A stretch of DNA of 59,234 nucleotides, counting the filler, from Dugesia japonica (Eukaryota): assembly GCA_001938525.1 (NCBI GenBank). It is 5 parts of 5 records of this genome, joined end to end, with 100 filler letters (N's around TTAATTAATTAA, not from the genome) between each part and the next. Parts side by side here need not be neighbours in the genome. Positions count along the whole stretch, not along the records: positions 1 to 12,338 come from MQRL01162420.1; 4 more parts are not named here. One strand, given 5' to 3'. Positions 1-11,765 of the stretch are shown one piece after another (within the stretch, counting starts at the first letter, position 1; each line of letters opens with the position of its first letter). The position numbers were made by a program, and so were the translations under genes. The notes under the pieces were generated by a model, which had not been told where the DNA came from, searched no databases, and saw only the letters and a list, made by a program, of their open reading frames with translations.

Positions 1-228
1 TAATAATAAATTTTTATAAAAATATTTTATTAAAATTACTATTTAAACCTATAAATCAAATACGTTTTACAAAAATATGTAAAATTTTTAATTTTAAATT
101 ATACTAAAACTTTTTCAAAACTAAAAAATATGAAAACAAAATTGAAAATTATTTAAAAAATAAAATTTAAAATCTATAAAAACTTATTAAAAACAAGAAA
201 ATATATCAAAATTTCTTAAATTGTAAAC

Positions 229-380
229 TTGAACAAGCTTGAAGAACGAATGAATTTATTTTCTTTAAATAGGCCTCTTACTTACCAAAGATATGTTGAC
301 GATGTTTTCCTTATTTTTTGGTAATCGTGAACATTTTTTGCTTTTCAAGAGTTTTATGAATTCGTTACATCCTAATATTA
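229..380 (+). pseudogene. Penelope-like element reverse transcriptase fragment
   Basis: Translates LNKLEERMNLFSLNRPLTYQRYVDDVFLIF / GNREHFLLFKSFMNSLHPNI (one frameshift). YVDD plus NSLHPNI is typical of PLE RT. Confidence 0.75.
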
Positions 381-924
381 TGACAATTGATAACAGTGAA
401 TAGTGTTGTTCTAGTTATAACATTGATAATGATAATGAAAATTAGAATAATCACAAAATAGCGTCAGTAATAAGAATAAACAACCATGACAAGAATAATA
501 ATGCCAAAGCTGACCACCCTACTACTGATGTTAATAATAATAACGACAATGATAATGGTATCAGTGGTAGTTGCCGATAATGGCCGATAAAAGAATCAAC
601 ATAGCAGTGGTCGTAATGCTAACCAAAAGGTATTTACGGGTACTACGACAATCATTATAATCGAAAGTGAGAATTGTTATTAGGACTATACATATTAACT
701 TAATACCACTAAATATTCTTACCATTGTTTCAATTGACGACACAATTAGCGTTTGCAGTCATAATAGGCACCGTTCTACGATTCTTCATTCTTAACAGGG
801 GTAGACATAATTATAGTATAGAAAATTGATGACCTTTCTGATTAAACTCTTAATGGATGTAATTTTAGAAAACGAAGACTTGCCCAGCTACTCACGCAAA
901 CTTTATCAATTGTCATTTAAGTTC

Positions 925-1040
925 TAACTTTCCAAAAAATTTCTAGAGTACTATCGTTTGCACAAAGTAATCTTTTATCGCTCATTTCTAAATGCATTTT
1001 TCGTACTTTATTAAGACAACTCAAACTCATAACGTCAATT
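925..1040 (-). pseudogene. Possible retropepsin (LTR-element aspartic protease) fragment
   Basis: IDVMSLSCLNKVRKMHLEMSDKRLLCANDSTLEIFGKLELK resembles the flap region after DTG; the catalytic motif is not seen. Confidence 0.3.
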
Positions 1041-1904
1041 CAAGTTACGTTACTTAAGACTTTTATTTTTATCAATATCACAAATATTTTTGTGTTAATA
1101 TTTTATTGTTTTTATTTTATTTGATTTTAAAAGCTGCAGTTTAATTTATTTTTCTAAATTAAAATAAACATGTGGAACTTTTCATAAGAAAAAAATTAAA
1201 CTGATTTTTTTGAATCAATACTTTATAATTTTTTAAGTATTTTTTATTAAAATAATTAATTTCATGTAAATATTTTTAAGTATAACTGAAATATTTTTAT
1301 GTTATGGTTAAATATTCCTACTTGCAATGCATATATAGAAAACAGGTATAAATAGTTATCACTTTCAGTGAGTTTTCCAGTTTTTCAATTTGCTCTAAGG
1401 TCTCGGCCGTAGCAGCAAGCTAAACTAAAAAAACTAGCTTATAGTGTTTTATCACATCGCTATTTCGATATACACAAAAATAAAGTATTGTATTTACAAA
1501 ATATTACTTCTACTGGGGTGAAATAACCGGTCATTTAAAAGGAAAAAGAAGACAGAAAATGTAATTACAAAATAACACCGAAAGGTCCAAAAATAGAAAC
1601 ATATGAAGAAATAATTGAATCCAACGCAATCATGTTAATTAAAGAAAAAATCAAATTTATATTATAAAAACAAATAAATTCGTTATTTCAAATAATTAAT
1701 TAGGAAAGAAATAGTAATTAATTTCATTGAAAAAATAAATGAAAATTAGACCAAAATCAGTTGTTCATGAATAAAACCACTCTAGTTAGTCCCAGAATCT
1801 TGCGGTAAGAAAAACTGGAAAAATTGTTATCTGGTCAATGGGATTTCGTAATTGGAAAACGTTATNATCATCAGAGGGACTATCACAGGGGTTGGAAGAT
1901 TGGG

Positions 1905-2094
1905 CCAATAACAACCCAAGAAATAAAAATAAAACAAAGATTTAAAATCACATGAGGGTTTAAAAAAAGACGCCAATGGCGTAACAGAAAAATGTCAGAA
2001 ATTCAAGTCTACGCCAATAGAAAACCAAAAATCGGAATTAAAAATAGCCAGCCAATGCTGAGCAAATTAGGTTGCATTCAGAAAGCTATTTAAA
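1905..2094 (+). promoter_or_regulatory. Promoter: four CCAAT boxes plus TATTTAAA box
   Basis: CCAAT at 1905, 1973, 2014 and 2052; TATTTAAA at 2087; Inr-like CATTC about 30 nt downstream. Similar layout in the minus-strand copy at 44328-44527. Confidence 0.65.
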
Positions 2095-2119
2095 CCCCCT
2101 GAAAACTTACCAAAAATCC

Positions 2120-2374
2120 ATTCATTTTCTAACCACAAACTCTCTATTAATTCAGAGTAAATCGTAAACCTTGAGTGCTATAACGAAATCTGTGGAATCA
2201 TCAACGAGAAACTTGACAGTATCAGTGGTTTAATTCTTATAAATTTGATCAGAGAAATTATTGAGCATTTTAGAAAAGAACATCAATAAAATCCAAAATA
2301 CCGGAGAAAGCATTCCCAAACCAAGATTCGTATCTGTATTACTCCCGTTGCAGCAAAGAGAAATTTAATAATAA
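2120..2374 (+). other. Putative non-coding leader exon ending in A before a GTAAG donor
   Basis: No ATG in about 255 nt; CCCGTTGCAG 21 nt upstream of the donor A|GTAAGC (GT at 2375). Same motif and near-identical spacing in two other copies. Confidence 0.6.
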
Positions 2375-4546
2375 GTAAGCATATGTTGTTATTTTGGGTA
2401 ATGTCTAAATATGAATGTAATATGTTGAAGTATAAAATTAATATATTAANAGATAAATTTTAGTTATATTTTATTTTGATTTTTTTCTTTAGTTATAATA
2501 ACAACAGATATTGCCATTAATCTAAACATCAATGACTCTGTAATTGGGTATCGTGTTTTTACTCGCGGTCTGCATGATTTTCATTTCTCCCCATGATATA
2601 CGAAACAATATTTCGTGTCACACTGCACTAACTAAAATTACTCCAGATATTTTTGACAGGTACCAACAACTAATTATTTAGTGTTAGCCATGATCCCGAA
2701 GTACTTTCTAATTTTCAGGAAAGACATGAAGTCCAGTAGTTACATGTTTCACTTATCTAATTATGACAGTTCGAATATAGCCACAATGATAACACTGGCA
2801 ATCAGTTATTAAGCCAGTTTTACAATGACGTCGAGTAAGACATGCATCATCTATCTAGGTATGACTAATCACACACACCAACACATGATTTCATGTAGTG
2901 AGGTTGCCAGTTGTGTGTGTAAGCACGGCAGAAATAAGAGTTGACGAGCAGGCGAACTAATAGTTCCCTACCGCAATAACGATTCACCGGTTTCCATGTT
3001 ATGCCTCTCGATGCGCGCACACATAGTCGATTATCCTGACGAAATTCCTCCTTTTAGCTGTTGCTTGCGTCGATTCAAATAGTACCGGAGATAATTGCGA
3101 ATTGATGTACGGAATTTTTCTTTATGCAGACGGCATGCAACCACTATTAGATTGGTCACAACCTAACAGCTAATCAAAAGATGAGTCTGTACCTAATAGA
3201 CAATGAGTTAACTCGGGATTTTATGATAATTAAATAAAATATATTAGTTCTTCACTCGTATCCCATCTCCTGTCATTGAAATATATTGTTGGCAGTTTAT
3301 AATAAATCCAAAATATATGATTATTCAGAAAATACTCCACATTGGGTCGTATCCCCCAAGATCTAATCTGTCTTATTATGTCGATATGAACTGGTTATTT
3401 TCTCTAGGTGTCTTCTCGCGGTTGAACCTACGATTGATAATGGAGATTTTCTCACAATTTTCTTTTCACGTCCAATATGCGGTTGTAATGCTGGTATGAT
3501 ATCAATGAGGAGTAGGATTTGTGCAGATGGCTCAAACCACCGAATTGGGTTTGGAATACCGTCGTTGTGTTTACTTTTTCCAATATTCATTAGGTTCTGC
3601 CAAAGCAAAAAGAAATTTATAATTGACATATTATTATTTGATTGTGTTATTATTATATATTAAATTATAATGCTCAATTTGTTCAATCTTTATTGCGGAT
3701 ATGATTTTGGAATGATAACTGTTTTTAAGGACTTGGTTACCCATGGTTTTCAGTAATTTAAACTAGCGCATTGGGTTCCTATAATTTGGTCAACCTACGA
3801 TGGGATGTTATTACTACTTTTACACGTTAATCAATATTGGCAACAGTACCTACTATTATTATTGTGATATATTAGTGTCACCACTGGGGTTAATTTTTTG
3901 ATGATTTATGCATAATGCCACTATAAAATGATAACATGATTATCGAATATTGAGGGTATGATACCTATTTTTGGTGGGGCAGTTGGATAGCAAATAAATG
4001 TACTATTGATATTGGAATCTTTTCCGAGGCTTTTTTGGATAAATCACCATCCATAGTTTGGCGCTCATAAACGAATATAGTAGCGCCGATACCAATTTTT
4101 TTGGGCCTAATTTAGCTGAAATTATGAATAAGTTTTAATATATTGATCACTGCCTTAAAAAATTTTCAAATTTTTCTATTTAGTCACCCTATTATAGGTC
4201 ATACCGGCAGAATTAAGAAACACAGTGCGTTTCATTTTAAGGCAACGCAATATAGCACGTAGGAAAAAACATATCGGACATCGGTTGTTTCTGAATCCAA
4301 TAGAACATCCCGAAAAAATAGATTTAGCTTGTTTCGTGGAGATGTTCTCCTTACCATTTCCAGTGGATCTTGATGAAGTGTCAACCCCCTGCAAAATGAA
4401 ATAACTGTCATGTTTTGATCTAAATAAAAATAGTTTAATCAACATTTTGTTTGTCATATTTGGTTTATTTTTTTTGTTTGTCAGTTTATTATCGATGATT
4501 TTCATCAGAATTATGTATTTTTTTTGTAGAAACTAATAATAATAGG

Positions 4547-4951
4547 ATGGAACACAAGTTGGAAGTATTATGGGACAGGCTCACAGGACGTACCGTATTT
4601 AAGAAATACACTAACCTTCATGACAGCAATGTGGGCATCTTTGCTGACTACTCAAATCTGTCTAATGAAAATGCAAATAATGAAAGAGCTGCCGCGGAGC
4701 GCCAAGCTTTTTATCAGTGGAGCTGTCCCGATCGCACCCAAGAAATACTGCATGGTGTTACCATCATAGATCTAGCAACCAATCAAATTACTAATACGTG
4801 GCAGGATGGTCCTGCATTGGTACCTGTGTCGGCCGCTCACCTACCACGGAATACTAGGTTCACCATAGACATAGGTAACACCTTATGGGACCTAAGGAAC
4901 CTCGCTAGTGGAGGTGAATCGGAAAACAATGCGCCAAACCATGATGCGTAA
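4547..4951 (+). CDS. Hypothetical 134-aa protein, intact cassette of the multi-cassette unit
   Basis: Uninterrupted ORF, more GC-rich than its flanks; AG|GATG directly upstream and AATAAA at about 5000. Confidence 0.55.
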   Translation: MEHKLEVLWDRLTGRTVFKKYTNLHDSNVGIFADYSNLSNENANNERAAAERQAFYQWSCPDRTQEILHGVTIIDLATNQITNTWQDGPALVPVSAAHLPRNTRFTIDIGNTLWDLRNLASGGESENNAPNHDA

Positions 4952-5149
4952 AGACAATGAATTATTTTTTTTATTGGTTGTTCATTGACTAAAATATATA
5001 ATAAATGTGTTAAGAAATTTTAATTTCTTTTTCTTTTAACTGTTAAAGTCTACTTAATTTGATTCTGTAATTTGATTAGTCGATCTTTTTAACTGTTTTG
5101 CCTTAGTTAAAATATTTAAATTAATTACCAATTTCTATATATTTTGCAG

Positions 5150-5507
5150 TGCATTCATCACTAAACCGAACTACAGCTCCAACCAAAAGGAAAAGGGATA
5201 CTAGCGAGGACCAGGAAATGACTTGGGACCTCTATCACCTCGCGAAACGTCGCTAGGAGGTGGAGATGGCCACCGCGAATATTAAAGTCCTTCGGTATAA
5301 GAAAAATGTATCGCCTTTAAAAAGGAAGCCGAAGCCTCCCACATGCAAGAACGAGTATGGAAAAAGCAAATTGAGTCCTTTGCGGAAATTATCCGGTCCC
5401 ACCATGATCGAGAGAATAAACTGGTTAGTGACATCTTGCATATCAAGGAGAAAATGCCTCTCGAACCTTTCATGATAGAGAAAAGTACCCAAACTCCAGG
5501 GCCATAG
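5150..5507 (+). pseudogene. Cassette A: coiled-coil protein with C-terminal KSTQT (one stop, one frameshift)
   Basis: (M)HSSLNRTTAPTKRKRDTSED...MTWDLY...KCIAFKK...SFAEIIR...ENKLVSDIL...EKSTQTPGP* aligns end to end with 43368-43720; acceptor TTGCAG|TG; AATAAA at about 5533. Confidence 0.7.
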
Positions 5508-5666
5508 TTATCTGTGTTTATAAGACTCTGTGAATAAACCTTTCATGTTATTATGAATTTGTGTTCACTCGTCTATTTCTTTAAAGTTAAATAAAATTTT
5601 TGTCGTCCAAGATTAGGACTAATATAGTTCATTGTTAATATATCTTTAACATTTCACTAGTTTTAG

Positions 5667-6157
5667 TGCAACGTATCCAGTTGCTCCGTAGTCTAAGACG
5701 ATGTCACCGACTTATCCAGAAATTTCTGCGCAAGAGACATCTTAAGCGCTAATCTGAGCGTGCTTTGCTCCATCATCTAACGCAACGTAATAAACTGATA
5801 AAGCGTTTGGACGTGATTGTAAAGAAACAAAATGACTTAGCTGAGTGCACAAAACAGCTACTGCTGCACAAGGTTGAATTCTTGAAGCGCTTCATTGCCG
5901 ACCTGTCACGCCAGCTAGGTAATGCTGCATACCTCAACTGGGATGATAATGACAACTCAATGTTGTTCAATTTTATACCAGAAGAGCCGCCTCAGTGGTT
6001 AGACCCTGGTGCTCTAGATTGCATGTAATTTGGAAACAATATAATTTATTAGTAATCTAGTGTTTATTTTTTTCATATTAGCGAACCCGAATCAAAGGTG
6101 TACGAGTGTGAACCTCGTATTAAGTTGAAGGTCAACCGCTCTACTCCGAATATCTAA
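5667..6157 (+). pseudogene. Cassette B: basic/coiled-coil protein, two exons (5667-6024, 6082-6157), one stop
   Basis: (M)QRIQLLRSLRRCHRLIQKF...LLHHLTQRNKLIKRLDVIVKKQ...QWLDP. A 57-nt GT-AG intron (6025-6081) keeps the frame into IEPESKVYECEPRIKLKVNRSTPNI*. Homologous to 42690-43199. Confidence 0.7.
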
Positions 6158-7512
6158 TCTTGGGACATTATATTAAATTCTTGAAAGGGGTCCCCTGAGG
6201 GCTGATTTTTCCGTCACCAACTCAGGTGAAACTTCAACACTTCTATTATTTTTTATAAGGCAGTAATACATAACTATATTTAGCAATTTTTGATTAAATA
6301 TATTTTTATGTTGAGGTTCCAACTAAGCAGCTCAACTTAAATAATATCTAGGATAACATGGAATAATAAAACCTCGTGAGGAATTCGATCTACAGTTCCT
6401 GTTCTAGATTTTCATAATGGAGTCGTTGACTCGCAACCCATAGTTAATGTACATGCTCGTATTGCTTTGGCTTGGGTCTTTCTCTCTATGATACTTACTT
6501 TACTTCTCTTCCGTTGCCATGGTTACTATTTAGTAACATCAACAATACCATTGTCATAGTGTTAAAAAAATTAGTAAATTTAGTCAAGTTTGTATATATA
6601 ATATTAATTATCCCAAAAAAAAATAAAATCTTCACAATTAGGGTTAGAAGTTTATTATGGTTTGATAATAATGCATTGAGTTCTATGTTTCACTGTAGTC
6701 ATCCCAGTATATGGAATTTATTAGATAGTTTAGACGAGATATAGCTTGCCAGCTATTATTATTAGCAAATGCTGATACATATCACTCAGAAATAACAATT
6801 AAAAAATATGAAACACTCAGTAGCTAAGTGGCAATAGTTGTGCAAGGGTATTATTATGAAGAAACAAGATAGAGTTTTTACGCAGAATGGCCAATCCTCA
6901 AAGAAATTATGGTTCTTATTCATTATTCTTTTTTAATGACCATAGTTTTATATATTGGATTTTGTTTTCATTACTAAATTGGCACAAAAAGTTAATGTTA
7001 CATTTATTTTTTGTTTTTTCGATTTTATTCTGTTTATTTTGTTTTTCAATTAATTTGATGTGATTAGAATTTTAATCTCTTTCCTATATATAAAATATTA
7101 AAATATATAGAGAAAAATATTATTTCAATTGTTTCATAGTTTTAACAAGGAAAGAAAATAAAAGTGAAGTGCATTTCTTCAATGTAATTATTGAAAATAA
7201 ATTGAATTTCTATAGTTTCTGTATTTTTCTATGTTTAACAATTTTAGAATTATAATTGTAATTGTAAAAAAAAGAATTTAAGATATACGAAATTGGTCAT
7301 TTGTTAAATTCAAATAATGTTTCATGTGTATTTTCAATATTTAAGGAACGTACCTATGGCATAAAAGCAATAGAACACATGCAAAATAATAAATTTAATT
7401 ACTTTAAATGCCATAACTTACGCAATACCTTATTTAAATATAAATATGCGGTCTTCTTTTTTAAATAGTTCTGTTTTTTCCTTGTTTAGTTCTTTCAGGT
7501 TACCATCTTAAG

Positions 7513-9480
7513 CATAGACCTTCAACCTTGGCGATATCGCTCACTATTGGGCGTTTAGAAATATTTAGTGGGCACAAGAAAGAAAATAGGCAGTTTGTGG
7601 GCGCTCTATGTATTTGTGGGCATTAGCGTTTTGACAATTTATCAGCAGCCTATACCCAGCTGCAACTAGTAACTAGCATATGTACTTGCATGCAACCACT
7701 CACTTACATAAACAAAGCCACATTTACCAAGCCCAACAACCAATCAACTAAGCTGCGTTGTCTTAGTATCTGTAAATAGCATATTCACTCAGACAAAAAG
7801 GATAAGTCACTATTTTACTTTAATATTCTACATAAACAATTCAACGAAAGACAAACAACTATCACAATTTTTCAAAAAAATAATGCAAAAGTAGTAAACG
7901 GACTGCCATATTCTTGAATTCATAGCAAAGTGTAGTAAACCTCATAATATTGCTGAAGCACTCATCTTATCAACACTTCAAGAAATTATTAGAACTGTGA
8001 TTCACCAAGATCCAACCAAGGTGCTCAAAGTTTAACCACTAATTGACACATGATTATTGACGTATTGATAAAATGGTAGTAGATATGGAATGGAAACTGG
8101 CTGCAATGTGACGAGTTACTAAATTTTCATTGCCAATAAATTAATCTGGTAATAAAGGTTTGTTTATGACGCATGTCAGATATTCTTCTTGACATGAAGC
8201 TGTCCGCACAACTTATAGTAAACCTGTGGTCGTTTGTTGCTATCGGAAATTCTTAGCATATTTTAAAACTTCAACTCCTAGCATATGTATCATTCATTGT
8301 TTTGCACACAGACAACACCATGTAGCTAAACAGCTAAGTGAGAATCTGCACTTTTCATTAGAAACTATTGTCCGTGCTGTGAACAATATCAATAGTAATT
8401 CTCTGAATGATCACCTCTTTTGTCAATTGTAAAAAACAATGATGAACAACAAAATCGACTTGTTCTTCATACTGTAGTTCGTGGCCTGTAAAAAGACAAC
8501 TAATTTACAAGATTAACAGAATNATTTGACAGTATTCTATGTATATAGAATATATATACTATATACTATTCTTTAACTCAAATGGTGACATCATGAGGAA
8601 TTAAAAGCTGCAAAAAAAATCCGTTCTACATTGCAATAATATTCCAAAAGTTCAATGATATAAATTTGAAACGTCAAGGACAGATTGTGACAGTAATTGA
8701 TTCTAAGAAGACGAGTGTCACATTATTTCAAGATTGGCATTGTACCGACAGAATATACTTGGGCGAGAATTTTATCAATTTCCAATACTGGTCTAAGTAT
8801 GTGAAGAAATCAATAGTAATAGCCATGAAAGATTTGGAAAGCATCTGAAATCGATGGAAACTGATATTTCAGCGCGTTTTTGCGATTTGATTGAGCTGCA
8901 TGTACCTGGACAGAGGATTGGTCCATTAAAAACCACTTTTCTGGATTTTGAAGTGCAGTTCAAGCAATTTTGTTGAAATGACAAAAGGATGAGATTGTAT
9001 ATGTCTTTTACAGCATTTTCCATTTTCCATAATTATATCAATAATAGATTATTCTGGTTATTTCACGAGAAAACTCATAGAATCTTTCTCTATACTGATT
9101 TACATACCTAAATTTGGTAGGGTAAAGAAAATCGGTCATATTTGCATTTCTCACATCTTACCTCATTAAGGGTAGATTCAGTGCAATAACTTAACTTCTC
9201 AACAATCAAAAAAACAACCTGGTTATTTCCAAGATAGGTGATTTGAAATTGATTCTCATCCACCTGAAANCAGACATTAAGTCTTTGGCATTCAAACATC
9301 AAGCGCACGGTTTCACTGACTCTGAAATTTCTAACACTATTGTATGCGTCATTCTTTCTTGATAGTAAATAGTATTTGAGTTTTAATTAATTTTGTAATT
9401 TTTAGGTGGGCGGTAGACTTATTTATAGATGAAAATATAGTAAAACTAGGCGGTTAACTAAAAAAGGTTGAAGGCCGCTG
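7513..9480 (+). mobile_element. hAT transposon (Buster/Charlie type), degenerate transposase
   Basis: TIRs CATAGACCTTCAACCT / AGGTTGAAGGCCGCTG. Motifs AKCSKPHNIAEALI, IHCFAHRQHHVAK, NSLNDHLFCQL, LVLHTVVR and C-terminal KHQAHG. Confidence 0.85.
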
Positions 9481-10775
9481 ATCTACAATATTGACTACAT
9501 TAGGTAAAGCAACAGCATTCCGTTATACCAGTTCATCATATAGTCAGCATACAATAGTAAATAAAAGCAGTTGTGGAGCATAACGCGTCAAGTATTTATC
9601 TTCACTACTCTATCGTAACTTCTATGTGCAGTCTATACAATCGCAAGCTTTCTCATTTCTCGTGAAACTATCTTCTATCTCCAGCCTTGTTCAGTATTAT
9701 CAAAAAGTCACCTCAAAACATGTTACCTCAACAATTATCAACAGTAATACAACTACAACTTAACTAAAAGTGCTTAGACGTTTCCATAAGACTGCTACTT
9801 GACCGCAACAACTAATACAACTATTACTTGCTTTTTACTAGCTTAACAACCGGGACGAAACGGGCAACATCCATGAAAAAACATTGTAATCTATACTTTT
9901 GTTTTAATTTCTTTTCCTTAAACTTATTGAAATTTATTATTCCTTATTTGGATTTCCATTTTCCATAATTATATCAATAATAGATTATTCTGGTTATTTC
10001 ACGAGAAAACTCATAGAATCTTTCTCTATACTGATTTACAATTTAAATAATTTTATAAGCCAAGTTAAGTATAATATACTATTGATTTGGCTAATTTATT
10101 ATCGAAAATTTGAAATTGTAAGAGTGATTTTCATGCATAAAATGAACTTGTTTATGAGGCGCTTTTTAATGTGTTTGATGGTTGGGTTCACTACTTTATA
10201 CTCATTGAATTATTATTATTATTATTTTTCGAAGATTTTATGAAGTTTCTAGTTGTTTTAACAGAAACTATCTCAGGTCAAATTTTCTCCAACATCTATT
10301 CACACCTTTACACAGGGAATAGTTCTTTTTTCGTCATTTTAGTTCGTTCCAAGAAAACTTAGTGCTTGTATGGGGCTTAATTTTCTATATGACCTTTCAG
10401 ATATTTGACAATCGTCTCCAACCTATTTCCACTGTATGAGATATTCTTTGCCTCTAATAAATTATCTCAGTTTGTTAGTGAAGTATGACAGTACTCGTAA
10501 GGGTAGCATAAAGGTAGGAATTTCTCACACCACAAATCATCATATGCATACAATAGTGATAAATTAGTGATAATTAATGTGCAAGACTAACCAACGTGGA
10601 GCATAGTATGTCTGGAGCATCGTCTTCTATTGGTCGAGAGAATTACTATTTAACTCACTAATATGTAGTCATTTAATTCTAGTATATATCTCTTTATCTN
10701 NNNNNNNNNNNNNNNNNNNNNNNNNNNNNNNNNNNNNNNNNNNNNNNNNNNNNNNNNNNNNNNNNNNNNNNNNNN

Positions 10776-10860
10776 CAACACAGACCATAAGCCTTTCCAG
10801 TGGTTAATGAAGGAAAACTCAAATACGGATGCATTCTCTCGTATGGAACCTGAACATACA
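10776..10860 (+). pseudogene. Gypsy RNase H C-terminal fragment
   Basis: TDHKPFQWL...NTDAFSR matches TDHKPL...ADALSR with an internal deletion. Confidence 0.5.
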
Positions 10861-11329
10861 AAAGAAGAAAAGTTGGAAAGAACCTTATTTTCAACTCTTA
10901 TTTTCAACAGATTAATGATCAGTCGGAAGCAACTAAAGCTCAAATAGAATATGTTGAAATCAATTAGATCAAACAAGTATTTGAAATTGGAATTACAACA
11001 GCAGAATTTAATAAATTGGGGACAAAAATTAAGGAAATTTTCTTTTTTTGTTTGCTGGAAGTTCATAAAAATTATCGCAGAATCGGGACGTAAATCAAAA
11101 ATTGTTAAAAATTTGTTAACCGACAAAAATGCATTCAAAAAAGAGACAAATTAATAAGATATTTCAAATCATTTTTGGCGATTCCATGAATATTTGTTAT
11201 CTTAATATCTTTCAAAAAAGTCACTTACAATATCAATGACATTTTCAGATCAATTAAAAGAAATTGATCAATATTACTTACATCTAATGTCTTACAATAT
11301 TGTCTTACATCTAATGAACCAAATTCATC

Positions 11330-11480
11330 ATCACTCTTCCAGTCATGATTCTTAATTCATTCAATAAACTTGTAACTATTCTTCAAATGCTACATATCCA
11401 CAATTCACAGGAAAAAACATGAAGAATTACTAATTAAAGAAGATAATCCTAAAATCATTGTAATTTATAATAATTAGTTA
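11330..11480 (+). pseudogene. Penelope GIY-YIG endonuclease C-terminal relic
   Basis: KHEELLIKEDNPKIIVIYNN parallels EEILIKRNKPKINLVYNN (57354) and KHQENLIKKFKPDINII (19565). Confidence 0.5.
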
Positions 11481-11614
11481 AATTAAAGTCTTTCTATTAT
11501 TTAATAATAAATCTTGAATAAATAAAAAGGTTAATTTCTGAAGACAACTGTCGAAGTTTCAAATACTAATTAAAAAAGTATAAAAAACAACATATTGGTC
11601 GAAGCCTTTAATTT

Positions 11615-11765
11615 AATGAAATCTCAAAAACGATTACTCCGCAATAAGTTTTGTAATTGTAAAATTTGTCTATTTTAATATTTAATAAATCTTATACAAT
11701 TACAAGAAGTATTGCGAGAATAATTGTAGGACGTAACTATTGATCGTTTTTGAGAATTCACTAAA
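11615..11765. repeat. Imperfect nested inverted repeat (MITE-like)
   Basis: TGAAATCTCAAAAACGAT / ATCGTTTTTGAGAATTCA and inner CGCAATAAGTTTTGTAATTGTA / TACAATTACAAGAAGTATTGCG; related pieces near 11830, 29300 and 58170. Confidence 0.5.

Larger units (their letters stand above)
1515..6240 (+). mobile_element. Unclassified dispersed multi-cassette unit, copy 1 (promoter, leader exon, serial ORF cassettes)
   Basis: Collinear homology to 42596-44997 (minus) across the promoter region, leader end (CCCGTTGCAG...A|GTAAG), two protein cassettes and the 3' block (CTTGAAAGGG...GAGGGCTGATTTTTCC...CAACTCAGGTG). Boundaries approximate. Confidence 0.7.

Noticed and set aside
2835-2930. Possible decayed RING (KTCIIYLG...HMISCSEVASC)
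   Set aside because: Too few ligands in the correct spacing.
4265-4295. NNRCP peptide shared with about 45250-45270
   Set aside because: Only about 16 nt of similarity, and in opposite orientation relative to the two unit copies.
5149-5170. Flatworm spliced-leader AUG as the start donor for the cassettes
   Set aside because: A leader ending in a full AUG would put the AG|TG cassettes out of the conserved frame; only a 1-nt 'A' donation fits.
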